This document shows positions 1 through 9,800 of a DNA stretch of 64,000 nucleotides, in pieces. The translations under genes were made by a program, and so were the position numbers. The notes below the pieces were generated by a model that had not been told where the DNA came from, ran no database searches, and was given only the letters and a program-made list of their open reading frames with translations. This stretch comes from Meyerozyma guilliermondii (Eukaryota). Location of the stretch: NCBI GenBank assembly GCA_051546255.1, contig CP128818.1, positions 744,001 to 808,000 on the forward strand, read 5' to 3'. Positions within the stretch are counted from its first letter, which is position 1. Every line of letters begins with the position of its first letter.

Positions 1-376
1 CATTGAGGAACTTTCTTTTGGTTTCTTCGTCTAATAGCACGGCGGAACACAGCTTGCAAATGCACTGAAGAACCAGAATTACTGCCCGAAAATACCCCAC
101 ATGAAACACAGGAAGCGCCAAGCGAATGTGGCCAAAATGACCGTGACACGAGGCCAAGTTTCCATGACAAGTTGAACATTCCAGAGCGTTAGACGAGATT
201 CCCATCTTTGTGTCTAACGCTCCACCCTCCTTTGCAGAGCGCCCACGCTCCAAATCATAAAGATCTCGAGTCAGAACCTCGACCTCGGACTGCGCGAGGA
301 TATCCTTGGACGATAATACCCCGAATTCGAGCCCGGCAATCTTCTTGGGTGCAATATCCACCACCACCTCTTTCAT
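1..376 (-). CDS. RPO31: RNA polymerase III largest subunit (C160), 5' part; runs off window start
   Basis: Not in the ORF track. Manual translation from ATG at 376 gives MKEVVVDIAPKKIAGLEFG...GGALDTKMGISS...CSTCHGNLASCHGHFGHIRLALPVFHVGYF...CICKSC, the Zn-clamp N-terminus of Rpc160. RPO31 neighbours RPT5 in S. cerevisiae. Confidence 0.95.
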   Translation of the reverse strand, partial: MKEVVVDIAPKKIAGLEFGVLSSKDILAQSEVEVLTRDLYDLERGRSAKEGGALDTKMGISSNALECSTCHGNLASCHGHFGHIRLALPVFHVGYFRAVILVLQCICKLCSAVLLDEETKRKFLN

Positions 377-480
377 GGTTGATTTGAAAAATTCGATGCG
401 AAGAATTATATATTGTGCGGGTGCACGGGTGCAGATCTGGATAAGTGCGATTTTGGAGAGTCGGTTGAGGTTATTGCCAC

Positions 481-687
481 ATGAGTGAACCCAAGGAAGA
501 GCACGTTTTCAAGACGTTAGAAGAAGACGACGAGTTTGAGGACTTTCCTGAAGACACAAAGTGGTCGACAGAAGCCTCTAATAAGGCTCAAGGTGCTAGT
601 TTATGGGAAGAAGATTGGGACGACGACGACGTTCAGGACCAGTTTTCTCAGCAGTTGCGAGAGGAATTGAAGCGTGCTAGAAAGTAA
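481..687 (+). CDS. SEM1: 26S proteasome lid subunit Sem1/Dss1
   Basis: 68 aa acidic protein with LEEDDEFEDF and LWEEDWDDDD..FSQQLREEL motifs of the DSS1/SEM1 family. Confidence 0.95.
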   Translation: MSEPKEEHVFKTLEEDDEFEDFPEDTKWSTEASNKAQGASLWEEDWDDDDVQDQFSQQLREELKRARK

Positions 688-1024
688 GGAAAAGAGGAAA
701 AGAGAGAAAACGAGGATATAGAATTGAATGAGAGAATCAATGAAATTTTACGAGAGAATGTAGAAATCATTTGATATTGAATGAATCAAGAGATGAAAGG
801 CAGTTTGTACAAAGAAACATAAAGAAAAGTAAATTTATAGGAACAAAAATCGAGAGAACGTTATGTTTTGATTGAGATGCTTGATTGAAATGTTCTTGAA
901 ATATTTCCGTTAATGGGTAGCTAATATTCATCTATTGGATCATGAATCACCTATAAAAGCTCTTGTGATAACACCGTAGTTGAAAGTAAGTTCTTGCTCA
1001 AATTCTGCTTTGCCCTATTACTAC

Positions 1025-2305
1025 TCATGCGTAAAAGTTCACGCTCTTGGATTTGCGTGCTTGCACCTCTCCGATAGCCTCGACGAAATCTTCGTGCTTG
1101 ATGACCGATTTACCATTTCTCAAGGCAATCATTCCTGCTTCCACAGTAACTGCTTTCAATTGAGCACCATTGAATTCATCGGTACTACGAGCCAATTCCC
1201 TCCAATTAACAGAATCGTTGTCACAATTTAATTTACGAGCATGGATCTTCAACACAGACTCTCTGGCTTCTTCCAGCGGTAAGGGAAATTCAATTTTTCT
1301 GTCCAAACGTCCAGAACGCAACAACGCTGGATCCAAGGTGTCCACACGGTTGGTAGCGGCCAAAACCTTGACACGGTCATCACTTCCAAATCCATCCAAC
1401 TGGTTCAAAAGCTCCAACATAGTCCGCTGCACTTCCCTGTCTCCACTCTTGTCGGAATCGAAACGCTTGGTACCAATGGCATCCAATTCATCGATAAATA
1501 TGATTGTGGGAGCCTTTTCCTTAGCTAATGCAAACGCATCTCGCACCAACTTGGCACCGTCTCCTATGAACATCTGCACCAATTGAGGAGCGGCCAACTT
1601 GAGGAAAGTTGCACCTGACTGTGCAGCACAGGCACGAGCCAACAATGTCTTTCCGGTACCAGGGGGTCCGTACATTAATGCACCCTTTGGTGGTTTTATT
1701 CCCAAATTCTTGAACTTGTCAGACTGCTTCATCGGCAAAACCACCGCCTCGATCAATTCTTCAATCTGCTTATCCAACCCACCAATATCGGAATAGTCTT
1801 CTGTGGGCTTTTCGTCAACTTCCATGGCTTTTACTCGCGAGTCGTATTCTGAAGGTAATGTGTCAAGAATGAGATACGAATCTTTGTTTACGCCAATAAG
1901 ATCGTTGGGCTTCAAGGTTTCTGGATCAACCAAGCCAATGAGTGGAAGAAAGATGGTTTGACGGGTAGAAGTTTTGATTACTGCCGATTTTCCAGCCCTT
2001 GCGGCGTCTTCGTCCACATTAGCACCCTGTTCCACAGCTTCTTTGTCGACATCCAAGTTGAGCAACTCCACCACATTACCCACAAGGTACGGGAGCTGCT
2101 TGTTGTTGTTGATTTTCTCTTGTTTGTCCTTGATACGTTCGACCATCACCGACTTTTCGTGGGTGAGTCGCTGTGTTTCCGACCTCATCACCTTGATATC
2201 ATTGTCTAAAAGCTTGGTTCTGTTGATGATGTCCAGGGTGGAAGACGAAAGGATTTCCTGGTCAACAATGTCGTCTTGCTGTTCTAATTCTTCGAGGGTG
2301 GACAT
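1025..2305 (-). CDS. RPT5: 26S proteasome AAA-ATPase Rpt5
   Basis: 426 aa; GPPGTGKT Walker A, IIFIDELD Walker [10 protein letters not shown] pore loop, C-terminal HbYX (FYA). Confidence 0.98.
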   Translation of the reverse strand: MSTLEELEQQDDIVDQEILSSSTLDIINRTKLLDNDIKVMRSETQRLTHEKSVMVERIKDKQEKINNNKQLPYLVGNVVELLNLDVDKEAVEQGANVDEDAARAGKSAVIKTSTRQTIFLPLIGLVDPETLKPNDLIGVNKDSYLILDTLPSEYDSRVKAMEVDEKPTEDYSDIGGLDKQIEELIEAVVLPMKQSDKFKNLGIKPPKGALMYGPPGTGKTLLARACAAQSGATFLKLAAPQLVQMFIGDGAKLVRDAFALAKEKAPTIIFIDELDAIGTKRFDSDKSGDREVQRTMLELLNQLDGFGSDDRVKVLAATNRVDTLDPALLRSGRLDRKIEFPLPLEEARESVLKIHARKLNCDNDSVNWRELARSTDEFNGAQLKAVTVEAGMIALRNGKSVIKHEDFVEAIGEVQARKSKSVNFYA

Positions 2306-2588
2306 GGTACTTGCGTGGCGATATGAAAAAAGTCAGCACACAATTCGATTGGATGCTTATAATTGGTACACTGTAATCTATGGGCCCGGAGGAGTATATG
2401 TGGTGATCTGTGGGGCTTCCGGAATCGTGTGTGTCGAGATTGCAATTCCAGAGTGTTGTTCGTGGTTTGCCGTTACCTTCAAGTTGAGATCGGTGCCACC
2501 GCGCGCACATCGGTACTTCTGGGCACCGCCAGTAACTCTGGGGCCGCCACTTATCTCGCGGAGATTCACTGAGGCTCCAAAGACGATC

Positions 2589-3234
2589 ATGGCAGAGGAC
2601 CACGAAACTGAGAGATACGAAAGATTCGATGAGCTTCGTAAGCTCAGCAAGGAGGGTATGTATAGTGTATATGAAGAATAACGCTTGAGTGGCTGTACAA
2701 GATCAAAAAGACTTTCAACTACTCCAATAAACTAAAACTAACCCAGCTCAGTCCCTTGCCTACTGTCCATATTCCAAGTTTCGGTACGTATAACGATCCC
2801 AGATACTTCCTAGAGTGCAATTGCAACTAACACCAGCGTTGGCTGTGCTCTTTTGACGTCCGACAACAAAATATACATGGGTGCAAATGTTGAAAATGCA
2901 TCTTACGGAGCCGCCATTTGCGCCGAGAGAGTGGCTATTACGAGAGCAGTGGTAAGTAAAATCAAAGAGGGTGAGTTTATGAAATTCACCTTGTCTTATT
3001 TTTTTTTTCATATTTAGTTGACTAACCCAGATGGACGGCCACAAGTCGTTTAAAGCCATTGCTGTGGCCGGAGATACCAAGACACCGTTGTCTCCATGCG
3101 GAATTTGTCGCCAATTCATTCGCGAGTTTTCGTCTGACATGCCGGTACACATGTTTGGTACTGAAGGTCATAAGACATTGACTATGGCCGAGCTCTTGCC
3201 CATGTCGTTTGGACCCGAAGCATTGAACCAGTAA
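2589..3234 (+). CDS. CDD1: Cytidine deaminase, 4 exons (2589-2655, 2747-2783, 2837-2951, 3031-3234), 140 aa
   Basis: Spliced product is in frame: ...[55 protein letters not shown]. Introns have GTATGT/GTACGT/GTAAGT donors and ACTAAC..CAG acceptors. Confidence 0.93.
2656..2746 (+). other. CDD1 intron 1 (91 nt)
   Basis: GTATGT...AACTAAC-CCAG; removal restores the reading frame. Confidence 0.88.
2784..2836 (+). other. CDD1 intron 2 (53 nt)
   Basis: GTACGT...AACTAAC-ACCAG; joins SKFR|VGCA. Confidence 0.9.
2952..3030 (+). other. CDD1 intron 3 (79 nt)
   Basis: GTAAGT...GACTAAC-CCAG; phase 0. Confidence 0.9.
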
Positions 3235-3238
3235 CTTC

Positions 3239-5044
3239 TTAAATTCTGTCTTGGTAAAATTTCACATAATCAAAGAAACTTTTCTTGAAGAACCGTTCTT
3301 GAGTGGTGGTATTGACGACTTGCATTCCAAACAATTGGTCTGCACTGCCAAACTCCCAGTTGTCCTGGAACGACCACGCCAATGAACCCATGACCTCCAC
3401 TTTATCTTCATGAATAGCTTTCAACATAGCATCCAAATACAGCCTGTAGTAGATAGATCTGGCTTGGTCAAACAACTGATCTCCTAGTTCCTTCTCGGTC
3501 TCTTTCCACTCGGGGAATCCATATTCAGTGACAAATACTGGTGCCTTGAAAGTGTTCCAAAGATAATTGAGGTACTGGCGAAATTCCACTGGAGTGGTAT
3601 AAACGTAAGATTCCGAACGGTACCCCATTTTCCACCCATCTTCTCTCGTCTGAGTTTCATTCACACAAAGTGGCCAGAGAGAATGGCTGGTGTTTGCCTG
3701 ACAAGCAGCAATTCCTTCCTCTGGAGGAGTAACTACCGTATAAGTATATGGGTCAATGCCAAGGAAATCCACTTTCTTACTGACATTTTTGAGTTCCTCA
3801 GCAGAGAAGAAAATTTCCGTCTCGTTAGAAAAAGTGCTTTTCCATGCTTCTGGGTAGTCCTGGCCAAGGAACAAAGGATTGGCAAAACTGCCAAGCTGGA
3901 AATCCTGGAATCTATTGGCGGCAGCAACATCTTGTGGATCTGTGGCATTTTTAGGAACTCCAAAATTGTCATTAAATTTTATACCAACCTTTCCACATCC
4001 TTTAAGTTCATTATGGTAAAAGTCATACAATGCAGCGTGAGCCGTAACCACGTTCTTGACTCCTAATGGGTATCCAGCATACAAATATGGTTCGTTGAAG
4101 GTGACGAAAAGACCTACTCGATCAGCAAAGTGAGACATGACGATTTTTCCATAGTTGACGAAAGCTTCCACAAAGGTATCGTTCGCATACCCAGCATAGA
4201 AATTAAGAGGGTAGTCGGTAGCAAGAGGCACTTTTCCACCCAAAAATTGAACTGGAGAATCAAAATGGGTGAGGGTAACCATGGGCTGGATGCCCAACTC
4301 CAAACAGTAATTGATGAGATCATCGTAATGATCTATGCCTTGCTTGTTCACTGGGGTTCCTGGCGTCACGAAAGGAAGAATTCTTGTCCAAGGAATGGAG
4401 AACGAATAAGTTTTCACACCCATTTGTGCCAAACGAAGTAAATCCTGCTTGTACAAATAATAGTTTTCGTTTGTAACATAGTCTTTAGGACGACTATCAC
4501 GAACAAGAACCTCCATGATGGTTGGAGATCTTCCTTCCATTGCAATTGCACCTTCTATTTGCGCTGCAGAACCAGCAACTCCAAAGACAAAATCCAGTGG
4601 AAATTTCAAATTATCGTCAAAACTGAAAACATCCGGTGGAGGAAGCACAAGTGATTCTGAAGGAACAGGAGTAGGGTCCACAGTAGTAGAGTAGATCCCC
4701 GTGCTGGTAAAGTTTTTGAGTGCAACATTTTCCCACAATTGACTCCAAGCGTACTGGCCATATGGATCGTCTTTGTCAGTAGCAGTAGCGGTAGCATTAG
4801 GGTTCCAGTTACCCCAGGTAGTTGTCTTCAAATCCCCAAGTAAATGTGAAACTTCAGTGTAATGAGGACCATAATTTGTAACAGTGGAGGGTTTTGGGAG
4901 ACCTTTGGCATAAGTTGGAGCAGCATTTGGAGGAAATGTAAACTGCGAATAAGCATATCTGGGACTTACTTCCACCAGCATGTCACTAGCTGGAAGAGCC
5001 TGAACCACAGCAAGAAGACTCGCAAGAACAGCTGTGGAGATCAT
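3239..5044 (-). CDS. Secreted glycoside hydrolase family 1 beta-glucosidase (601 aa)
   Basis: ATG at 5044 gives a signal peptide MISTAVLASLLAVVQA, followed by a Thr/Pro-rich extension. GH1 motifs: FVFGVAGSAAQIEG, FSIPWTRI, TFNEP (acid/base), VTEYG (nucleophile), WSFQDNWEF. Many NxS/T sequons. TATAAAA about 30 nt upstream. Confidence 0.93.
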   Translation of the reverse strand: MISTAVLASLLAVVQALPASDMLVEVSPRYAYSQFTFPPNAAPTYAKGLPKPSTVTNYGPHYTEVSHLLGDLKTTTWGNWNPNATATATDKDDPYGQYAWSQLWENVALKNFTSTGIYSTTVDPTPVPSESLVLPPPDVFSFDDNLKFPLDFVFGVAGSAAQIEGAIAMEGRSPTIMEVLVRDSRPKDYVTNENYYLYKQDLLRLAQMGVKTYSFSIPWTRILPFVTPGTPVNKQGIDHYDDLINYCLELGIQPMVTLTHFDSPVQFLGGKVPLATDYPLNFYAGYANDTFVEAFVNYGKIVMSHFADRVGLFVTFNEPYLYAGYPLGVKNVVTAHAALYDFYHNELKGCGKVGIKFNDNFGVPKNATDPQDVAAANRFQDFQLGSFANPLFLGQDYPEAWKSTFSNETEIFFSAEELKNVSKKVDFLGIDPYTYTVVTPPEEGIAACQANTSHSLWPLCVNETQTREDGWKMGYRSESYVYTTPVEFRQYLNYLWNTFKAPVFVTEYGFPEWKETEKELGDQLFDQARSIYYRLYLDAMLKAIHEDKVEVMGSLAWSFQDNWEFGSADQLFGMQVVNTTTQERFFKKSFFDYVKFYQDRI

Positions 5045-5839
5045 TGTGGAAATTGAACCTTCTGGTTGCCCTTTTATAGGAGAGGGTTCGGTAAAGACTT
5101 CCGAGAGGTATCGGAAAATACCCCACTGATTACGAATCAGGGCCATTTCTTCCGCTGCCCGCAAAAGCAGGGGTTATGACACCGTGCATTTAGTGCTCAT
5201 CTGAGTCGAAAAATGACCAAGAAGGTATTTTTTCCGGGTGGAGAATTCATAACCTATTGTTGCGAAATGTGGAGGATCAACTCGTAAATTGGCAGACGAA
5301 ATTCCGAGCTTAAGCAGATTTCGAGAAGTGGAACAGCTTCGATGCTCGGAGAAAAAGGCTATGCGATATGGTTCTCTGTGTGAGATCTTGGATTGTTGCT
5401 GCAAATTGGCGGTTGTGAAAATGTGCCAAACTTGCGTCTCGGACGCATGTCAACGGCCGTATGCAGAACCAGTGTGGGGTAGTACATTGAGCCGACGTGG
5501 GGGATAAAATAACGGATTAACATTCCGCATTCGTCTGCCAAGAAGCAGTTCATTAGTAAAATGAACTGACAGAAATGTTTGTATCGCCGCAGGTTTCTTA
5601 TAGCTTTTAGTTCCTCAAAAAAAAAAGAAAAAATTCATATAGGATTGAAAAATTCAAGCCAATGACTTTTGCCAGAGCGCAATTCACATCTCGCTTCATG
5701 CTCAATTGGACACTGCTTCATCGGTGCTTTCGGTGCCCTTCGGTGGATGCCGATGTCATAATGAATGCCTCGAGTGCGATGTATACATCCAGACACCACG
5801 AAAACTTTTTAGATTTCGCATCTTTTCTATCGAACCACA

Positions 5840-6949
5840 ATGGCTATTTGTACATCTCCCACTTGTGGCAAAGAAACAGACTCGGCACTCAAGTGTCCCG
5901 TCTGTCTTAAAGATGGCATAGAAAGCGTGTTCTGTGACCAGACATGTTTCCGTGCTTCTTGGGGAACTCATAAATTTGTGCATAAACCGGAGGACGGAAA
6001 AACTCCATATAATCCGTTTCCAAGTTACAACTTTACCGGCGAATTGCGCCCAGCATATCCGTTATCACCACGTAGACCCATTCCCAAGCATATCAAGTTG
6101 CCTGATCACGCGCAAAAAGGAAGACCGCTCGGAGAAATCAAGAATGACCGGATTGGAAAAATCACTATTTTGAGTGCCAAGGAAATCGAAAAAGCAAGAA
6201 AAGTTGGAAGAATGGGCCGTGAAATCTTGGATGCGGTAGCAGCACACGTCAGACCTGGCATAACCACCGATGAGCTCGATGCCATTGTTCACAAGGAAAC
6301 TGTGAAAAGAAACGCATATCCATCACCTCTCAATTACTACAATTTCCCCAAATCTTTCTGCACCTCCATCAACGAGGTTGTCTGTCACGGCATACCCGAC
6401 CAGACCGTCTTGAAAGATGGTGACATCATCAATTTGGATGTGTCTTTGTACTATTTGGGATTCCACGCCGACTTGAACGAAACCTACTATGTGGGCGACA
6501 AGGCCAAATCCAACCCAGATCTCGTGAGATTGGTGGAAACCACCCGAGAATGCTTGGACAAGGCCATTGAGCAGGTCAAGCCTGGGCTTTTGTTCCGCGA
6601 CTTGGGTACCGTCATAGAAGAGCATGCTAACAAGAACAATTGTTCTGTGTTAAGAACTTATTGTGGTCATGGAGTCAACCAGCTCTTCCATTGCCAGCCC
6701 AATATTCCTCATTATGCCAAAAACAAGGCGGTGGGAGTCGCCAAGCCAGGTATGGTGTTCACCATAGAACCTATGATCAATTTGGGAACTCACAAAGACA
6801 CACTTTGGCCAGATAATTGGACCTCGGTAACACAAGATGGTAAGTGCTCGGCCCAGTTTGAACATATGCTTCTTGTGACGGAAGATGGAGTGGAAGTTTT
6901 GTCTGCGAGATTGGAAAATTCACCAGGAGGACCCATTCCCAGGATATAG
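5840..6949 (+). CDS. MAP1: Methionine aminopeptidase 1
   Basis: N-terminal zinc finger (C-x4-C..CPVC..FCDQTCF..W..HK); catalytic motifs HGIPD, DIINLD, GHG, FTIEPM, AQFEH. Confidence 0.98.
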   Translation: MAICTSPTCGKETDSALKCPVCLKDGIESVFCDQTCFRASWGTHKFVHKPEDGKTPYNPFPSYNFTGELRPAYPLSPRRPIPKHIKLPDHAQKGRPLGEIKNDRIGKITILSAKEIEKARKVGRMGREILDAVAAHVRPGITTDELDAIVHKETVKRNAYPSPLNYYNFPKSFCTSINEVVCHGIPDQTVLKDGDIINLDVSLYYLGFHADLNETYYVGDKAKSNPDLVRLVETTRECLDKAIEQVKPGLLFRDLGTVIEEHANKNNCSVLRTYCGHGVNQLFHCQPNIPHYAKNKAVGVAKPGMVFTIEPMINLGTHKDTLWPDNWTSVTQDGKCSAQFEHMLLVTEDGVEVLSARLENSPGGPIPRI

Positions 6950-7038
6950 ATCACGAAAGATGTTAATCCTCACGGGCATATCTTTTCAGCCTAATATGCC
7001 ATAGTATGCCATAACATAGTCCATAATATATGTTAAAC

Positions 7039-7896
7039 TCATAACTCTTCAACACTAGCCATTGTGGGCTCGTTTCCGTTGATCGCAGCACCACAAATTG
7101 CACTCTCGACTTTTTCTACAGATTGGCGAAAAACCTCCAATTTTTTTCTCAACGTGGCTGTCTGTTTCTTATCTGTGGTGAATGTGCCTCGTGAAACATT
7201 TAGGTGGGGATATTTCGACACAAGCAAGGTGACATGAGAATATAGCAGGCGTAAAAATTGCAAATTTCCGAGCACGTCGGGGCTTATTCCCACCGACGAG
7301 GCGTCTCTTTGCGCCATTTCGGTTATGGTGTATCTCATCAATTCGCCCGTAAAGTCGAAAATACCCATAAAATAATCGCCCGGCAAAAATACCGAGTTGG
7401 ACATATGCGCGAATTGCAGCCGATTTTGGGGATCAATTTGCGGTGTTTTTTCCGGCTGGAAAAGGAGCAAATCAATGCAATTTGCTAATGGCTCTTCGTT
7501 GGCTTGCTTGGTCTCGTAATTATAACTTTGGATGAGAAATACCACAATATACTGTAAATTCTCAAACAGCAAAAGAGTGCGATGGGCTAAATAGTAGGCA
7601 AAAAGTAACGCCTCGATCAATTCTTCGATGCAATTGGATACGGTACCTTTGTAGGAGTAATAAGACTCATTTTGGGCATAGCCATAGTACAATGTGGCAA
7701 GTTTTTCTGCCAATATTTTTAGGTGATTTTCTACCACGGCCCGATTTGGAGAATGTGCCGAGGCTCGATGTACCGAAAAGATAAGCTTTTTTGAATGTGA
7801 GTTGATGTCTCTGCAGATCCGGATAACCTCTTCTCGCTCATTGTGGAGGTTGTCAAGGAAGGTTTTGGCTTCACCAAAAATAGTTTGCAACAGCAT
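7039..7896 (-). CDS. Translin-associated factor X (Trax)-like RNase, translin family (285 aa)
   Basis: LDNLHNEREEVIRICRDINSHSKKLIFSVHR, EELIEA, DYFMGIFDFTGELMR and LRKKLEVFRQSVEKVE match Trax motifs; first ATG at 7896. Confidence 0.88.
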   Translation of the reverse strand: MLLQTIFGEAKTFLDNLHNEREEVIRICRDINSHSKKLIFSVHRASAHSPNRAVVENHLKILAEKLATLYYGYAQNESYYSYKGTVSNCIEELIEALLFAYYLAHRTLLLFENLQYIVVFLIQSYNYETKQANEEPLANCIDLLLFQPEKTPQIDPQNRLQFAHMSNSVFLPGDYFMGIFDFTGELMRYTITEMAQRDASSVGISPDVLGNLQFLRLLYSHVTLLVSKYPHLNVSRGTFTTDKKQTATLRKKLEVFRQSVEKVESAICGAAINGNEPTMASVEEL

Positions 7897-8153
7897 ATTG
7901 GGTTGATGGTGCACGGGACTTTTTGATGGTGGTGTCTGGTGTCTGGGTGCAATAAAGAAGCAATAACGAGTTGACCTTTTTTATGGAAAAAGTTTTAAAA
8001 GAGAGCTAATGGTAGGAAATAGAGGTTTTTTTATAGCGTCCGTAATGTCTGGATAGTACCCTAGTTTTTTTTTCGCCTAAAATTGAACTCTCTACTCGCT
8101 CGCGGCCGGGTAACCCACCCGCACTTAGCGATTTTTCATCAATCTCCACCACT

Positions 8154-9800
8154 ATGTCTTCATCGCTACAGCTCATAAACCCCAAAGCAGAACTGATCAG
8201 GCGCCAGCAGGCACTCCAGGTAAACATTGCGGCCGCGCAAGGCTTGCAGCAAGTTTTGGCGTCGAATTTGGGTCCAAAAGGCACACTTAAGCTTTTGGTA
8301 GATGGATCGGGAAATTTAAAGTTGACCAAAGATGGCAAAGTATTACTTAGTGAAATGCAAATTCAGCATCCTACGGCGGTGATGATCGCACGTGCGGCCA
8401 CGGCACAAGACGAAATTACGGGAGATGGAACTACGAGTGTGATTTTACTTGTGGGTGAGCTCTTGAAGCAAGCCGAGAGGTTTATAAGTGAAGGTGTGCA
8501 TCCGCAGGTGATTGTAGATGGGTTTGAAACTGCTCGTGAGGGAGCATTGAAGTACTTGGATCAATTCAAGACAGAAAAGACCAGTTTTGACCGAGAGTTT
8601 CTTCTTCAAGTTGCGAAAACGTCGCTTTCCACCAAAGTTTCTGCCGATTTGGCGGAGGTTTTGACACCTATAGTTACGGACGCTGTACTCACGGTGTCTG
8701 AAGGAGCTAAAGAACAAGCTGGAGCGAAATCTGGGCCGCCTCAGATCGACTTACACATGATTGAAATCATGACCATGCAGCATGGAGTTGGAAAAGACAC
8801 CGAATTGGTTCATGGATTGGTGTTGGATCATGGTGCTCGTCATCCGGACATGCCCAAGGTGGTGGAGAACGCATACATCTTGATTCTCAATGTGCTGTTG
8901 GAGTACGAAAAGACAGAGGTGAACCTGGGATTTTACTATTCTAGTGCAGAACAGCGGGAAAAGTTAGTGGCTCTGGAACGGAGATTTGTTGACGAAAAGT
9001 TGCGGAAAATCATCGATCTTAAGAACCAGGTGGTGGAACTTGGTTCTGATCGTGGATTTGTCATCATCAACCAAAAGGGCATTGATCCCATGTCATTGGA
9101 TGTTTTGGCCAAAAACGGCATTCTCGCACTCCGTCGTGCCAAGAGAAGAAACATGGAACGGCTCCAGCTCATTTGCGGTGGAGAGGCCCAGAATTCGGTG
9201 GACGATTTGTCTCCCGAAGTATTAGGATTTTCCGGAACCGTCTACGAAAATTCTTTGGGAGAGGATAAATTCACCTATGTTCTCAACAAGGGAACTCGGC
9301 AAAAGGCCAAGAGTGCTACGATTCTCATCAAAGGACCCAATAGCCATCTGGTCCAGCAAACCAAAGATGCGGTCCGTGATGGGCTCCGTTCAGTAGCCAA
9401 CGTACTCAAAGATCAAGCAGTTATTCCCGGAGCCGGAGCATTCTTTTTGGGATGCCACCACTATCTTTTGCGTGAATCTGGACTCAATAAGGGAAGAACA
9501 AAGACCGGAATTCAAGCATTCGCAGAGGGGCTTTTGGTGATTCCCAAGACACTTGCAACCAACGCCGGTCTAGACTCACTCGAAACGGTTTCCACGTGTC
9601 AAGACGACGTTGAGGATGGCCGGGTTGTGGGGGTGGACTTGGCACTGGGAGAACCTATGGATCCTGCAGTGGAAGGAGTATGGGATTCTTATCGAGTTGT
9701 AAGAAATGCCATTCTGGCTGCAGTGGGAATATCTTCAAATCTTCTTCTTTGTGATGAATTGCTCAAGGCGGGCAAGAGTCAGCTGCAACCTACAAACTAA
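8154..9800 (+). CDS. CCT6: Chaperonin CCT/TRiC subunit zeta
   Basis: [55 protein letters not shown]. Confidence 0.98.
   Translation: MSSSLQLINPKAELIRRQQALQVNIAAAQGLQQVLASNLGPKGTLKLLVDGSGNLKLTKDGKVLLSEMQIQHPTAVMIARAATAQDEITGDGTTSVILLVGELLKQAERFISEGVHPQVIVDGFETAREGALKYLDQFKTEKTSFDREFLLQVAKTSLSTKVSADLAEVLTPIVTDAVLTVSEGAKEQAGAKSGPPQIDLHMIEIMTMQHGVGKDTELVHGLVLDHGARHPDMPKVVENAYILILNVLLEYEKTEVNLGFYYSSAEQREKLVALERRFVDEKLRKIIDLKNQVVELGSDRGFVIINQKGIDPMSLDVLAKNGILALRRAKRRNMERLQLICGGEAQNSVDDLSPEVLGFSGTVYENSLGEDKFTYVLNKGTRQKAKSATILIKGPNSHLVQQTKDAVRDGLRSVANVLKDQAVIPGAGAFFLGCHHYLLRESGLNKGRTKTGIQAFAEGLLVIPKTLATNAGLDSLETVSTCQDDVEDGRVVGVDLALGEPMDPAVEGVWDSYRVVRNAILAAVGISSNLLLCDELLKAGKSQLQPTN

Noticed and set aside
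1974..2681. 235-aa + ORF
   Set aside because: Antisense to RPT5; only its last part is real (CDD1 exon 1 reading into intron 1)
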